From contig JAWLCP010000003.1 in assembly GCA_041687115.1 (NCBI GenBank), positions 7,315 through 71,314 of the forward strand: 64,000 nucleotides of DNA, given 5' to 3'. This document shows positions 1-9,745 of the stretch, piece by piece. Both the position numbers and the translations under genes were made by a program. The stretch comes from Anaerolineae bacterium (GTDB lineage Bacteria > Chloroflexota > Anaerolineae > B4-G1). Under the pieces are notes generated by a model. The model was not told the origin of the DNA and ran no database searches. It saw nothing but the letters and a program-made list of their open reading frames with translations. How positions within the stretch are numbered: the first letter of the stretch is position 1; the number at the start of each line of letters is the position of its first letter.

Positions 1-48
1 GACCTCCCCGAGCCCGAGATTTCCTCGCCGCAATCGGACCCCACGCAG

Positions 49-1200
49 GTGACCATGCGGGAGCTGGTCTCGATGGTGGTGGTGAGCGACGCTGACAATC
101 CCGATCTGATCCAGCTCGGCGCCGCACATCCGAATCCCTCGCTGGGAGCCGCGGAGGAGCTGAGCCGGACGCTGACCGCGGTGGCGCGGCGGATGGGCGA
201 GAAGAGCGGGCTGTACGACTACGCGCCGGGATGTGAGGCGCTGCGGGCGCAGATCGCACGGCGGTCCCTGAGCGCCGGGTGCAGCTTGTCGCCGGATGAG
301 ATCATCATCACGTCGGGGTGCTCGGAGGCGGTGAGCCTCTGCCTGCGGGCGGTCTGCGGGCCCGGAGACGTGGTGGCTATCGAGTCGCCGATCTGCTTCG
401 ACACCCTGCAGACGCTCGACGCCATCGAGTTGCAGGCCCTGGAGATACCAACTCATCCCCGTCACGGGATCAGCCTGGATGCGCTGCGGTTCGCGGTTGA
501 GCACAACGATGTGAGCGCCTGCCTGGTGATCTCGAACTTCAACAACCCGCTGGGCAGCTGTATCCCGGACGAGAACAAGCGGGAGCTGGTCGCGCTGCTG
601 GCCGAGCGTGAGATCCCGCTGATCGAGAACGATATCTTCGGGGAGCTCTACTTCGGCGAGTCGCGTCCCTCGGTGGCGAAGGCCTACGACGAGGACGGGT
701 CGGTGATGTTGTGCTCCTCCTTCTCCAAGAGCCTGTGTCCGGGATATCGGGTGGGATGGGTCGTGCCGGGGCGTTTCTACTCACCGATTCAATGGCTGAA
801 GTACACCTCGAGCCTGGCCGCCCCGACGTTGTCGGAGTACGCCATCGCCGAGTTCATGGCCGGCGGCGGGTACGATCCGTATCTCCGCCGGGTGCGCCGC
901 ACGTACGAGCGGCACGTGGCGGCCATGTCCCAGGCCGTGCGGCGCTTCTTCCCGGAGGAGACGAAGCTGACCCGGCCTTCCGGCGGGTTCGTGCTCTGGG
1001 TCGAACTGCCGGGGGCGGTGGACTCGCTGGTCCTCTACAGACGGGCGCTGAAGGCGGGAATCGCCATCACGCCCGGGTATCTGTTCTCAGCGACAGATCA
1101 GTATCGGAACTTCATCCGCCTCAACGCGGCGAACTGGTCGGAGCATGCAGAGGCAGGCGTGGAGCGGTTGGGGGAGTTGATCGACGCGATGGTCCGGTAG
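49..1200 (+). CDS. PLP-dependent aminotransferase, class I/II fold (2-aminoadipate/kynurenine-AT or MocR C-domain-like). Possibly 5' partial: frame stays open to position 1.
   Basis: SFSKSLxPGxRVGW PLP-lysine motif. N-terminal DADNPDLIQLGAAHPNP resembles LysN/AAA-AT. No in-frame stop between window start and ATG 49. Confidence 0.8.
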   Translation: MTMRELVSMVVVSDADNPDLIQLGAAHPNPSLGAAEELSRTLTAVARRMGEKSGLYDYAPGCEALRAQIARRSLSAGCSLSPDEIIITSGCSEAVSLCLRAVCGPGDVVAIESPICFDTLQTLDAIELQALEIPTHPRHGISLDALRFAVEHNDVSACLVISNFNNPLGSCIPDENKRELVALLAEREIPLIENDIFGELYFGESRPSVAKAYDEDGSVMLCSSFSKSLCPGYRVGWVVPGRFYSPIQWLKYTSSLAAPTLSEYAIAEFMAGGGYDPYLRRVRRTYERHVAAMSQAVRRFFPEETKLTRPSGGFVLWVELPGAVDSLVLYRRALKAGIAITPGYLFSATDQYRNFIRLNAANWSEHAEAGVERLGELIDAMVR

Positions 1201-1234
1201 GAGACGGCTCAGCAGAGATGAGCCAGACACGTCG

Positions 1235-2092
1235 CTACAATGGCTTTTGGAACATCATGACGTACTCGTGCTTGAAGACATAGAAGCCCCCGCGCAGGGC
1301 GCGATAGCGCCACAGGTTGCTGTCTCGCCCTTTTCCTCGCTCGTTCCCCGCAATATTCTTCACCACGATGGCCTTGGGACGGAACCCGACGCGCCGCATG
1401 CGGTCAAGGCAGTAGAAGCTGAGGGGGATCAGCTCGCCCTGGGCGTACGTGTCGCCGATGACGAGGACGGCGAAGCGACGAGGCTCCAGCAGCGCGAAGC
1501 CGTGGCGCGCAGCGGCCTCGAAGCGGTCGAGGAACTGGTCGGCGTCGGCGGCGTTGGAGAGGTCGGCCGGGTGGTCGGAGAAGGTGATGATGTCGTGGTA
1601 GGGGGGGTGGAGGATGAGGAGCTGGGCGTGGTCGGCGCCCATCTGGGACAAGGTCTGCCGGACGCGGTGGGCGGTCTCCTCCTGGGTTGCATCCCCCTGG
1701 AGGAGGTAGATGCGGTCCCCGAGGAGCCCCGGCGCGATCTTGCCGCCCACGTAGTCGACCAGGTCCTCCTTCAGATCGACGCCGATGAGGCGGCGATTCT
1801 GACGCTGTGCCTCAATCGCGCTGGTTCCGGAGCCGAGGAACAGGTCGAGGACGATGTCGTCCTCCTTCGTGTAGCGTAGGAATGCCTGCATGGCGATCTG
1901 GGGGACGAAGTTACCGTGGTAGTCGAGTTGGTGGCCGCCGGTGGCGTCGCGCGAGTCGATGAGCCACAGGCTGTCGGTCCAGACGTGCTCGTAGTCGCGC
2001 CAGCGGCTGAGGTCGATGTCGGAGTAGGGTGGGGTGTGTGGTGGTTTGGGGGTTTCGCTCATAATTGGTCGGCTCCGAGTCTCGTGACGCAA
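1235..2092 (-). CDS. SAM-dependent DNA (N6-adenine/N4-cytosine) methyltransferase, circularly permuted N6_N4_Mtase-like. No adjacent restriction enzyme.
   Basis: Motif I VLDLFLGSGTS near the N-terminus. Then HPPY (motif IV-like). Then IVVKN...HEYVMMFQK C-terminal block typical of N4/N6 DNA MTases. Confidence 0.65.
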   Translation of the reverse strand: MRHETRSRPIMSETPKPPHTPPYSDIDLSRWRDYEHVWTDSLWLIDSRDATGGHQLDYHGNFVPQIAMQAFLRYTKEDDIVLDLFLGSGTSAIEAQRQNRRLIGVDLKEDLVDYVGGKIAPGLLGDRIYLLQGDATQEETAHRVRQTLSQMGADHAQLLILHPPYHDIITFSDHPADLSNAADADQFLDRFEAAARHGFALLEPRRFAVLVIGDTYAQGELIPLSFYCLDRMRRVGFRPKAIVVKNIAGNERGKGRDSNLWRYRALRGGFYVFKHEYVMMFQKPL

Positions 2093-2176
2093 GGGCGCCA
2101 GGCCGCAAGGACGCAGGGAAGGGGCGGTGTGTGTCCAGCCGGAATGAGAGGAGCGAGGCGTTGGGCCGGACGGACA

Positions 2177-3619
2177 TCATTCAGGTTGGGGGCGGGGGCG
2201 TTGGGGTGGGCCCGCTCTTGGCTCCAGCTCCGCTTTGGTGATGATCTCGTCGAAGATGTCCGCGCCCGTGAGGCCGGTCTTGGCACTGACGGCCACGCTC
2301 AGATCACGCCGGAAGCCGTGGGAAAGGTCCTCTCCACTGGCGTAGCGAGTCAGGGCGAGGGCGCGGATGGCGTTGGCGATGGCGTAGCGGGGCTCGTACC
2401 GATCGAGGTCGTCGAAGAAGAAGGCGCAGCTGATGTACATACGCTGGCGGTGGAGCTGGGCCTCCAGGAGCTGGAGCAGGCGTCTGGTCTGGTCGGTGGT
2501 CAGGTGGCCCAGGCCGTTATTCTTCAGGAAGGCCTCCCCGGAGACCTCCCCCAGGACGACGGCGATGTAGCGGTCGCGCAGCGGCCATGGCTCGAACCCC
2601 AGCTGTTGAGCCTGGCAGGTGTAGACCCGGTCGAGGTCGCAGGCCAGGTTGTCGAGGGCGCGCCGCAGGGCGCCCTTGCAGCGGCTGTCCCCTGGCGTGC
2701 AGTCGCACCCTACGAGCCAGCGGTCCAAACGGTGGGAGCAGCTCCAGGCGGTGTTCTCGATGACGTTAATCTCGGTCTCTGGCGGATGCTGGTCGAGGTA
2801 GAGGCCGAGGGTAGTCAGCTGATAGCCGTGACGTCTGCCTGACGAGAGGATGCGGCTGAGGACGGCGACCCCCTGGCGGTGGTGATGGCCGAACGTCTCG
2901 CCGTCGGTGGCGATGACGTGAAGACCATCGCGCCGGCACCGCCAGCCGACGTGCTCCTCCAGCCAGTCATCGACGTAGGCCGAGTCCGGCATGCCGAAGG
3001 AGAGGTGGTTGGAGAGGTGTCGATCGCGGACGAAGACGGCGATCGCGTCGCCGTTCGGGAGCGCCACGCGATAGGGACCGCCGCCTGCCTCCAGATGCCC
3101 GTAGACCTGCTCGTCCGACAGGATGGTGAAGCGGATGCCCGAGGCAGCGAGGATCTCCAGCGTGTCGTAGTCGACGGCCATCTCCGGGAGCCACATGCCC
3201 TGCGGTCGATGGTCGAAGCGGTGCTCGAAGCTGGCGATGCCCCAGCGGACCTGACAGATCTTATCGCGGCGGCGCGCCAGGGGGAGGATGGTGTGGTGGA
3301 CGGACTGCGCCAGGCCGTTGCCCACGCCGTGGGTGTCCCGATACGTGCGCTCGGCGTCGACGATGCGCTGGTAGGTGTCGTGGGCGCGGTCGTCCAGCCA
3401 GCGTGCCAGCGTCCCGCCAAGGTTGAAGCTGATACGCTCGAAGTTACCTGCCCTGGCGTTGGGAGTGTAGCATTCGGCGGTGATCCGTTCGTTCCAGTTG
3501 GCGTAGGGGGCCGCGCTGGGCTCCCGGGGGATGCGGCCCGTGAACGGGTCCTCCCGAGGCGGTTGGTAGAAGTGGCCGTGAATGGCGAGATGACAGTGGG
3601 GACTAGGTGTGTCGTTCAT
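2177..3619 (-). CDS. Glycoside hydrolase family 57 protein (GH57 branching-enzyme/alpha-amylase-like). Start at MNDTP; the ORF track gives a longer alternative to 3673.
   Basis: HGHFYQPPRE and DGETFGHHH GH57 signature motifs. About 480 aa. Confidence 0.8.
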   Translation of the reverse strand: MNDTPSPHCHLAIHGHFYQPPREDPFTGRIPREPSAAPYANWNERITAECYTPNARAGNFERISFNLGGTLARWLDDRAHDTYQRIVDAERTYRDTHGVGNGLAQSVHHTILPLARRRDKICQVRWGIASFEHRFDHRPQGMWLPEMAVDYDTLEILAASGIRFTILSDEQVYGHLEAGGGPYRVALPNGDAIAVFVRDRHLSNHLSFGMPDSAYVDDWLEEHVGWRCRRDGLHVIATDGETFGHHHRQGVAVLSRILSSGRRHGYQLTTLGLYLDQHPPETEINVIENTAWSCSHRLDRWLVGCDCTPGDSRCKGALRRALDNLACDLDRVYTCQAQQLGFEPWPLRDRYIAVVLGEVSGEAFLKNNGLGHLTTDQTRRLLQLLEAQLHRQRMYISCAFFFDDLDRYEPRYAIANAIRALALTRYASGEDLSHGFRRDLSVAVSAKTGLTGADIFDEIITKAELEPRAGPPQRPRPQPE

Positions 3620-3797
3620 GGTGTGTTGTGGTTTGGCCCTGTAAGCGTGGTTTCGACGTGTTCCATGGTGCACCTATTGTAGCACCGGAGGTCCGTGGTG
3701 GCAAAATGGTCAGAAGGTTTCTGGACAGGATTCGCAGGATTGTAAGGATTGCTGGAGGTGGATGTGGATGCGGGCCGTCGCTCACCACAGCAACGGC

Positions 3798-6700
3798 TCA
3801 GGATCTGGTTGCCTCCAGGAGCTGCTCGAGCTGGTAGTCGGATTCGGCCTCAGCGCGCTGGAGGTCGGCGACGACGTCGTGGCAGGCGACGATGGCCTTG
3901 GCTGCCCCTTCGGGTGAGCGAGCCGGGTCGGCGCCGATGGCGACGGCGGCGATGACCTCCATCCACCACAGGAGTTGGTCAAAGGCCTCGGCGTTGAACC
4001 AGAGGACGTCCTGGTAGCGGTTGACCCGCAGAAGGTGCTGCACCTCGTCGTCCTGCAGCCAGGCGTGGAGCACCTGGTAGGCGCGGTTGCCATCAGGCCC
4101 GGGATCCTCAAACCAGCGCTGGTGCGTGGTCAGGACCTTGATGGTGTTGACCGCCCAGAGGGCCGAGCCGGTGTCGAGCCCCAGGTCCTGGAGGACGCTG
4201 GCCGTGATCTTGCCCAGCAGCCACTCGTCCTGCCAGCTGCGGCTTATCTGGGCGAAGGCTGAGGCGTCGGCGACCTTGCCCAGGGCGTGGGTGAAGAGCC
4301 AGCCGAAGAGTGTAGACCATGTCTGCACGTCAGCGTCGAGGCCGACGTCGGGAATCGCCGCCGGACCATTCCGGAGGAACTCGGCCGCAGCGTCGGGCAG
4401 AGGGAGGTGGTTGCCGATGGTGGGGAGGCGGAGCGCCACGTCGAGCTCGCGCCGCACCTGCACGGCGACGGCCGTCGGATCCCCCTCTCCGTCAGTCCAG
4501 GGTTTGATCTCCTGGAGAAGGCGGGCTGACCTGTGTTCCACCTCGTCGAGCAATGCCTCTCGCTCCTCGGCTGTGATGCGGGGTGCTACCTCCTCGTCGC
4601 CGCGGGATCGCTCCCGCGCCTCTATCAAGCGGCGGAACGTCTCGGGGTTGACCAGCTCGCGGAAGGGGCGGTGGATGGGTTGGAGGAGGATCTCCTTGAG
4701 GGCCTCCTCGATGCTGGGCACGCCCCGCCCGTCGAGGTATGAGGTGAGCTGGGCGTACTGGTGCCATTCTGTGTCTCGGACCTGACGGAAATCGAGGAAG
4801 ACATGGGCCTTGTAGGCGCCGAGCTCGGCGTAAAGTCCCCTCTCGTGCAGCTCCTGGTTGCTGCGGATGTACTCCAGACCGTTGATGTGGTCGCGGAAGA
4901 TGGTGAAGGTCTCATCGTCGGCGCGGAGACCGAGGCCCACACCGAGGGAGTGCTGCACCAGACGTTTCTGGTCGTCCCCGCTCTTCACCGCCTGGGCAAC
5001 GGACGTACGCACCCAGCCGCGGGTCTCGGCGTATTTGTTGTGGTAGACGACGAGGGCGCGCTCGTTGCTGACGCGGTTCGAGTAGGCGAACACGTCCTCG
5101 TTGACGTATCCCTCGGGGGTGAAGAAGTCGTAGAGGAGGAAGTCGTCGACGCCGGCGAACAGGTGGCGGCGGTGAAGCAGAGGGAAGATCTCCCGCTCGT
5201 GGCGCTCCACCACGTAGGGATCGGGCGTCTCGTCCCAGTAGGCGCGCCGGTACTCCATGCCGTACTTCTCGGCGTACGCTTCGACCTGGCCGTGGCCGAA
5301 CATCGGGAGACCCGGCAGGGTGGCCAGGAGCGTACAGATCCCGAAGTACTTGTCGCCCTTGCCGAACTGGTCGACGGCGGTGCGCTCGTCCGGGTTGTTC
5401 ATGAAGTTGACGTACCGCTTCATGATGCGCGGATCGAACTCGAGGGTGTTCTTCATCACGGCGCGGTACTTGGCGTTGTCTTCGTCGCGGAGCATGTTCA
5501 TGAAGGCGCTGTTGTAGACGCGGTGCATGCCGAGGGTGCGGACGAAGTAGCCCTCCATCAGCCAGAACGCCTCGGCCAGGAGGAGGGTGTCGGGAACCTC
5601 CTCGGCGACGCGATCGACGACCTGGCGCCAGAACTCCTCGGGCATGAGCTGGTCGAACTGCTGCCTGGTAAGGCCGTGCTCCGCCCGCGAGGGGATGGCG
5701 CCGCCGGTGCCGGGCTCCGGGAACCACAGGCGCTGATAGTGCTTCTTGGCCAGCGTCATAGCGGCGTCGAAGCGGATGATGGGGAACTTCCGCGCCACGT
5801 GGAGGATCATCTGTATGACGGCCTCGCGCACCTCCTCCTTGAGGAAGTCCAGCTGTGCGGTGTCGTTCCACGGCATACTCGTGCCGTCGTTCCCGTGGTA
5901 GATGTACCTCTCGTCGCCGGTCCAGTGATCGACGCGCTTGAAGACGACGGCGGCGTCGCTGCGGTCGTAGTAGCCATCCTCCAGATAGATGCCCACCCGC
6001 TCCTCCTCGCCGAGATCCGGCCCGCTGAAGGAGTAGGAAGGGAAGGGAGGGTGGTCGAGGGAGATGAAGCGGTCGGGGTGCTCGATGACCCAGCGGGAGT
6101 CGATCCCCATATGGTTGGGGACCATGTCGCTGGCCAGGCGGATGCCTCGCTGCCAGGCGCGGTGGCGCAGATCCTCGTAGGCCTTCTCTCCACCCAGGTC
6201 AGCGGCGACGCGGTAGTCGTCCACGGAGTAGGCGGAGGCGACGGCCTCCGGGTTGCCCATCCTCTGCTTGATGCGCCGTGAGGCGGAGCTGCGCTCCCAG
6301 AGGCCGATGAGCCAGAGGCCGGTGAACCCACGTCTGGCCAGAGTATCCAGCTCCTGTTCGGGAATCTGGTCAAGCCGCGTGATGGAGCGCTCGTACTTCC
6401 TCGAGAGCTGGTGGAGCCAGACGTAGGCGTTCTTGGCGATGAGGACGACCCGGGGCATCCAATCTTGGTCGGGGCTGAAGCGCTCGAACTCGAGCCCTTC
6501 AAACTTGTAGACCCGGCTCGGACCGGGGCCGAGCAAGGCGACCTTCTCCTCCTCGGCGATGAGATCGAGGCTGCTGAGCAGACGGTAGACATACTTGCCC
6601 AGGAGCGATCCCCAGCGCTGGCGCATGAACTCCAGCTGTCCGGACAGGGAGTGGGGGGATGATCGGGCGGGAGCCTGGAGCATGTCGATGAGGTTCTCGT

Positions 6701-7334
6701 CATCGGGGCCGAAGCTGGGCTGGGTGGCGAAGAAGTCGTGGAGCCCGGACATCACCTGGCGGTAGCTGGTCCCCTTCTCCAGCTCAGTGTCATCGAAGAG
6801 CTCGATGAAGGGCGAGAAGCCGGGATTCTCGTTGGCGAGCCAGAGGAGGAGCAACTCCTCCAGAACGATGGCGCGGTTGGGTACGCCGTTGGTCTCGTCC
6901 TCCAGGTACTCGTCGGGGTCGGTCTCCTGCCGGTAGACGGCAAGCGGGGGGAACTGGTCGACGAATCGACGCAAGGTCTGGTCGAGTTCATCCTTGCCCA
7001 CCTGCTCCTCGAGCCACTCCAAGGCCTTCTCCATGACCGTCGTCTTTCTCTGTTCCCGGTACTGCTGGACGACGTAGTGGAGGATCTCGTCGATGAGGCC
7101 CACGGCGTTGATCTGACCCGCCTTCACGGCCCGCTCCGGATAGCGGACGAGATCGCGCCGCTGATTCATCTTCTGTGCGAAGAGGCGGGCGGCGTGGAAG
7201 TTGGCGAAGAGGACGTTGCCGGTGAGGCCAAACAGCGCCTGGTCGAAATCGTATAGGTCACGCACCTCACGGGCGATGTGGAACTCCACAGGGATCCAGG
7301 ATCTGGCGGGCGCGTCCGACAGGAGAAAGCGCAT
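3798..7334 (-). CDS. Large (1178 aa) alpha-amylase-family (GH13-like) multidomain alpha-glucan-active enzyme.
   Basis: GH13 conserved regions: DMVPNHMG (region I), IIRFDAAMTLAKK (region II), EAFW (region III), FMNNPDE (region IV-like). Strong SD (AAGGAG) before the ATG at 7334. Confidence 0.7.
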   Translation of the reverse strand: MRFLLSDAPARSWIPVEFHIAREVRDLYDFDQALFGLTGNVLFANFHAARLFAQKMNQRRDLVRYPERAVKAGQINAVGLIDEILHYVVQQYREQRKTTVMEKALEWLEEQVGKDELDQTLRRFVDQFPPLAVYRQETDPDEYLEDETNGVPNRAIVLEELLLLWLANENPGFSPFIELFDDTELEKGTSYRQVMSGLHDFFATQPSFGPDDENLIDMLQAPARSSPHSLSGQLEFMRQRWGSLLGKYVYRLLSSLDLIAEEEKVALLGPGPSRVYKFEGLEFERFSPDQDWMPRVVLIAKNAYVWLHQLSRKYERSITRLDQIPEQELDTLARRGFTGLWLIGLWERSSASRRIKQRMGNPEAVASAYSVDDYRVAADLGGEKAYEDLRHRAWQRGIRLASDMVPNHMGIDSRWVIEHPDRFISLDHPPFPSYSFSGPDLGEEERVGIYLEDGYYDRSDAAVVFKRVDHWTGDERYIYHGNDGTSMPWNDTAQLDFLKEEVREAVIQMILHVARKFPIIRFDAAMTLAKKHYQRLWFPEPGTGGAIPSRAEHGLTRQQFDQLMPEEFWRQVVDRVAEEVPDTLLLAEAFWLMEGYFVRTLGMHRVYNSAFMNMLRDEDNAKYRAVMKNTLEFDPRIMKRYVNFMNNPDERTAVDQFGKGDKYFGICTLLATLPGLPMFGHGQVEAYAEKYGMEYRRAYWDETPDPYVVERHEREIFPLLHRRHLFAGVDDFLLYDFFTPEGYVNEDVFAYSNRVSNERALVVYHNKYAETRGWVRTSVAQAVKSGDDQKRLVQHSLGVGLGLRADDETFTIFRDHINGLEYIRSNQELHERGLYAELGAYKAHVFLDFRQVRDTEWHQYAQLTSYLDGRGVPSIEEALKEILLQPIHRPFRELVNPETFRRLIEARERSRGDEEVAPRITAEEREALLDEVEHRSARLLQEIKPWTDGEGDPTAVAVQVRRELDVALRLPTIGNHLPLPDAAAEFLRNGPAAIPDVGLDADVQTWSTLFGWLFTHALGKVADASAFAQISRSWQDEWLLGKITASVLQDLGLDTGSALWAVNTIKVLTTHQRWFEDPGPDGNRAYQVLHAWLQDDEVQHLLRVNRYQDVLWFNAEAFDQLLWWMEVIAAVAIGADPARSPEGAAKAIVACHDVVADLQRAEAESDYQLEQLLEATRS

Positions 7335-7385
7335 AGAGGACTCCTTATTCAGTGCGTGCCGAGAGCGGCAACGGACCGATGGAGA

Positions 7386-9524
7386 CTAGGGCTGAAGCCT
7401 CCTCAGGCGAAGGATCAGCTCTGCGTCCCAGTGGCGTCCGGGCTCCAGCAGCATATCCCACCATAGGAGGGTGCACGTGCCCTGGTAGACTCGCTCGTAC
7501 CCGGCCTCCGAGTTGGAGACTACCTCGAGCGGGAACTGCCACAGACTGGCGGGGCGGCCGAGGTCGATGTGCACCTCGCCGTCCAGGTCGGGCAGCGTCG
7601 AGCCGATGGTCAGCGCCGCGACGTGTTGGTCACCCTCCAGGGCGTTCAGGTCGCGACGCTCGGCGCCGGTATGAAGGTAGCCGTACTCACTGTCGCCGCC
7701 GACGATTCCCCAGTTGAACGCCACACCGAAGCGAAGGTCCGCCGGGATGTCGTCTCGGTTGGTCACCCGGTAGTTGACGGTGAGCTGGGGGGAGCCGGCC
7801 TCGACGGCGACGGTCTTCTGGATCTGAACGGGGATGGGGACCTCGCCAGCCCAGACGGTGCCCTCTCGCGTGAGCACGAGCCGGGCCAGGTCTCCGTCCT
7901 CTTCGACCTCGGCCTGGTAGGGGCGATCGACGAAGTCGCCCCGCTCTGCGTAGTGGGCCTGGTAGAACGTCTCGGGGGTCGTCCCAGGGTCAAGGAAGTG
8001 GTCGAGGAGGGCGATACGGCGGTGCCAGTCGTAAAATAGAGAGGTATGGACGTCTCGCTCCTTTACCCTGACACCGTTTGGTATCTCCTCCTGCCCGGGA
8101 AGGAAGATGCGTCCCTCTCGTTCCGCCTTCCGCAGGGCCTCATGATACCCTTCACGCCGGCGGGTCATGGTATTGAGCAGATTGTAGCGGCGATCCCGCC
8201 AGTCCCATTCGACCAGGCCGCCCCCGTAGGACGGCTTGAAGATCAGGACCTGTTGGTCGGTGTTGAGGATGATCTCCTCGTGACCGTCGGCGTCGAAATC
8301 CCCCCGCTCCACGACTGCCCAGGTCTGGGCCTCCATTCTCTGGCCGTCGGCCAGCTCTTCCGCCGCGATGAGGTGGGCGAAGTTGGCCGCGCGGATGTGG
8401 AAGAAGTAGATGCCACCGAACAGGCCGTGCCAGTAGGCGCAGTTGCACTGAGCCGACCAGGTGTGATCGAGGGCCTGCTGCCTGGCGTCTCCCGGGGGCA
8501 TGGCGTGGGCCTTCCGGCTGACCCACAGCATCTTCTTGTGCATCTGGTTTACCTCGTCGTAGCGACACAAGAAGGAGCGCCAGAATCCGCCCCTGACGAA
8601 GCGACGTACGTCCTCCCGCCCCTGTTCCTCCAGCTCGCGGTGCACGGTGGCAAGATCGACCTGGGCACGGGGGGGGAGGGCCCAATGCATCATCTCCTCG
8701 TAGGAGGCACATGGCAGGTAGACGCGGCCGAGGGGCGTGTGCTCGGCGGCCACCTCGCCCAGGGGTCGGGTCTGCAGCCAGTCGGCGTTCTCCTCGAGGG
8801 CAGCGAAGAAGCGGTCGACCCACCCATCCTCTCCCCAGCAGTAGCTCCAGGTATCGGGCCACAGGCCGAACTTCTCCCCGTCGTCGGCAGCGACGGCGAC
8901 GCCGCCGGGATGGGCGCGGGCGCGCTGACGGAGCCACTCGATCACCGTCTCGACCGGCTGCCACGGAATGGCGTAGCGCAGGTGCATGACGTTGCCGAAG
9001 ACTTTCAGGGCGCAGCCTTGCTCCTCGGTGATGTAGGGCCCGAACAGGTCGTCGTCGGTGAGGCCCACCATCTTGAACGGCGTGTCGTCGAGGAGCGTAT
9101 ACTCGACACCGACCTCGACCAGTGGCCTGGGCAGGTGCGGCTCCCAGACCCGTTCGGCGATCCAGGCCCCGGTGGGGCGATGGCCGAATCGACGGAGGAG
9201 GAAGGCGGTCATCTTGCGCAGCTGCCCCAGTCTGTCGGCGTCGGGGATGGTGGGGAGGACCGGTTCGTAGTAACCGCCGGTCAGCAGCTCGACCTGCCCC
9301 CGTGCCACCAGATCGCCCAGCCGATCCAGGTGGTCGGGACGGCGGGTGCCGAGCCAGTCAAGCAGAGAGCCGCTGTAGTGGAGCCCCAGCCGCACGCCAG
9401 GATGGCGTGTCACGGCCTCCAGCATCGGATCGTAAGCCCTTTCGGTCGCCTCGGCGAAGACGTGATCGAGGTTGCCGACCGGCTGATGGTTATGGATCAC
9501 CAGGGAGAGGGTTAGTGTAGACAT
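7386..9524 (-). CDS. Glycoside hydrolase family 57 protein (4-alpha-glucanotransferase/AmyC-like), 712 aa.
   Basis: N-terminal LVIHNHQP motif, DDGEKFG, large GH57 architecture. Confidence 0.8.
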   Translation of the reverse strand: MSTLTLSLVIHNHQPVGNLDHVFAEATERAYDPMLEAVTRHPGVRLGLHYSGSLLDWLGTRRPDHLDRLGDLVARGQVELLTGGYYEPVLPTIPDADRLGQLRKMTAFLLRRFGHRPTGAWIAERVWEPHLPRPLVEVGVEYTLLDDTPFKMVGLTDDDLFGPYITEEQGCALKVFGNVMHLRYAIPWQPVETVIEWLRQRARAHPGGVAVAADDGEKFGLWPDTWSYCWGEDGWVDRFFAALEENADWLQTRPLGEVAAEHTPLGRVYLPCASYEEMMHWALPPRAQVDLATVHRELEEQGREDVRRFVRGGFWRSFLCRYDEVNQMHKKMLWVSRKAHAMPPGDARQQALDHTWSAQCNCAYWHGLFGGIYFFHIRAANFAHLIAAEELADGQRMEAQTWAVVERGDFDADGHEEIILNTDQQVLIFKPSYGGGLVEWDWRDRRYNLLNTMTRRREGYHEALRKAEREGRIFLPGQEEIPNGVRVKERDVHTSLFYDWHRRIALLDHFLDPGTTPETFYQAHYAERGDFVDRPYQAEVEEDGDLARLVLTREGTVWAGEVPIPVQIQKTVAVEAGSPQLTVNYRVTNRDDIPADLRFGVAFNWGIVGGDSEYGYLHTGAERRDLNALEGDQHVAALTIGSTLPDLDGEVHIDLGRPASLWQFPLEVVSNSEAGYERVYQGTCTLLWWDMLLEPGRHWDAELILRLRRLQP

Positions 9525-9745
9525 CGTTTGATCATCTGGCTGCTACTGTGCATTGGTGATGGAGACTGCGCTTGCCCGTGATTACACGGTATTGTCGTCC
9601 ATTTTCCTCGTTTGGTCAAGTGCCCCCAGGTGCCTGACCTTGCCATTCTGCTGTATTCGTGCTACACTTCGTGGTTGCCTGTGGTGCGTGGGGTGGTGGA
9701 TACGTGGTCATCACGGCGCGATGTGGATCAGTGCGAGGAGAATCT

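Noticed and set aside
2177-3673. Longer GH57 N-terminus starting at 3673 (MHHGTRRNH...).
   Set aside because: The conserved GH57 N-terminal HGHFYQPPRE block begins right after MNDTP (start 3619). The extra 18 residues are basic low-complexity and probably upstream read-through. Kept as an alternative.
4761-6281. 506-aa plus-strand ORF (and similar long ORFs at 1247-1879, 1916-2842, 8046-9515, 17210-18370, 24979-26232, 26745-27605, 30226-31611, 61398-63077).
   Set aside because: All lie antisense to, or out of frame within, well-supported genes (GH13-like, GH57, AOR, murF/mraY, murD, murC, ODH). Their translations are low-complexity and rich in R/A/G/P, typical of high-GC antisense artefacts. 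None has motifs or RBSs.
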